From: Octopus bimaculoides
Lineage: Eukaryota
DNA: 35,992 nucleotides
NCBI RefSeq assembly: GCF_001194135.2
Contig: NC_068985.1
Location: 18,106,094-18,142,085, forward strand
Reading direction: 5' to 3'
Each line of letters starts with the position of its first letter. Position 1 is the first letter of the stretch. The notes beneath the pieces were generated by a model. It saw only the letters and a list, made by a program, of their open reading frames with translations. It searched no databases and was not told where the DNA came from. This document shows, piece after piece, positions 35,679-35,992 of the stretch. The translations under genes were made by a program, and so were the position numbers.

Positions 35679-35992
35679 GAAAGAAGGTTTGAAAATGCAC
35701 TTATTTTTTTAAAATATTTATTTACTTAACCGGTTTCACTTTTTTAGAAAAAGATTATCAAAAGTCTTTGAGAATAATAAAAAATGTTAAAAAACAGTCT
35801 GAGTATTAAAATGCATATATACATTCTTTGATGATAAAATATATTTAAAGTATAAAGCTTTGTATGAACTTTGTAGTGTTACATACTGATTGTCACACAT
35901 TCTCTGATATTAAGGTGAAATTGTTAAAAACAGTGTTAAAAACAGTGTATGAAAATACACATATGGAAAAATACATATACATATTCTTATAC

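Noticed and set aside
1-35992. CRISPR array or prokaryotic system
   Set aside because: No repeat-spacer periodicity or operon-like coding density; the sequence is clearly eukaryotic and intron-rich.

Overview
AT-rich, microsatellite-dense eukaryotic draft-assembly window with nine N gaps. The SINE families resemble those I associate with Octopus (recognition from memory, not verified). Most supplied ORFs are microsatellite or gap noise. The host-gene signal is missing from the ORF track: a + strand exon at 10109-10234 encodes VWFQNRRAKWRKREK, helix 3 of a Q50 paired-like (PRD-class) homeodomain. A phase-compatible candidate next exon lies at 24720-25013, about 14.5 kb downstream, and the upstream homeobox exon(s) were not found in the window. 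The introns and flanks are packed with mobile DNA: about 25 copies of three tRNA-head SINE families, a mariner derivative built from two 5' ends, a piggyBac nested at TTAA in an R4/Dong-type LINE, further LINE fragments and a decayed Penelope-like (GIY-YIG) element. Beside that element are two inverted minimal hammerhead ribozyme motifs. A third, unrelated hammerhead-like core sits in a 302-bp unit that starts to repeat at a gap.
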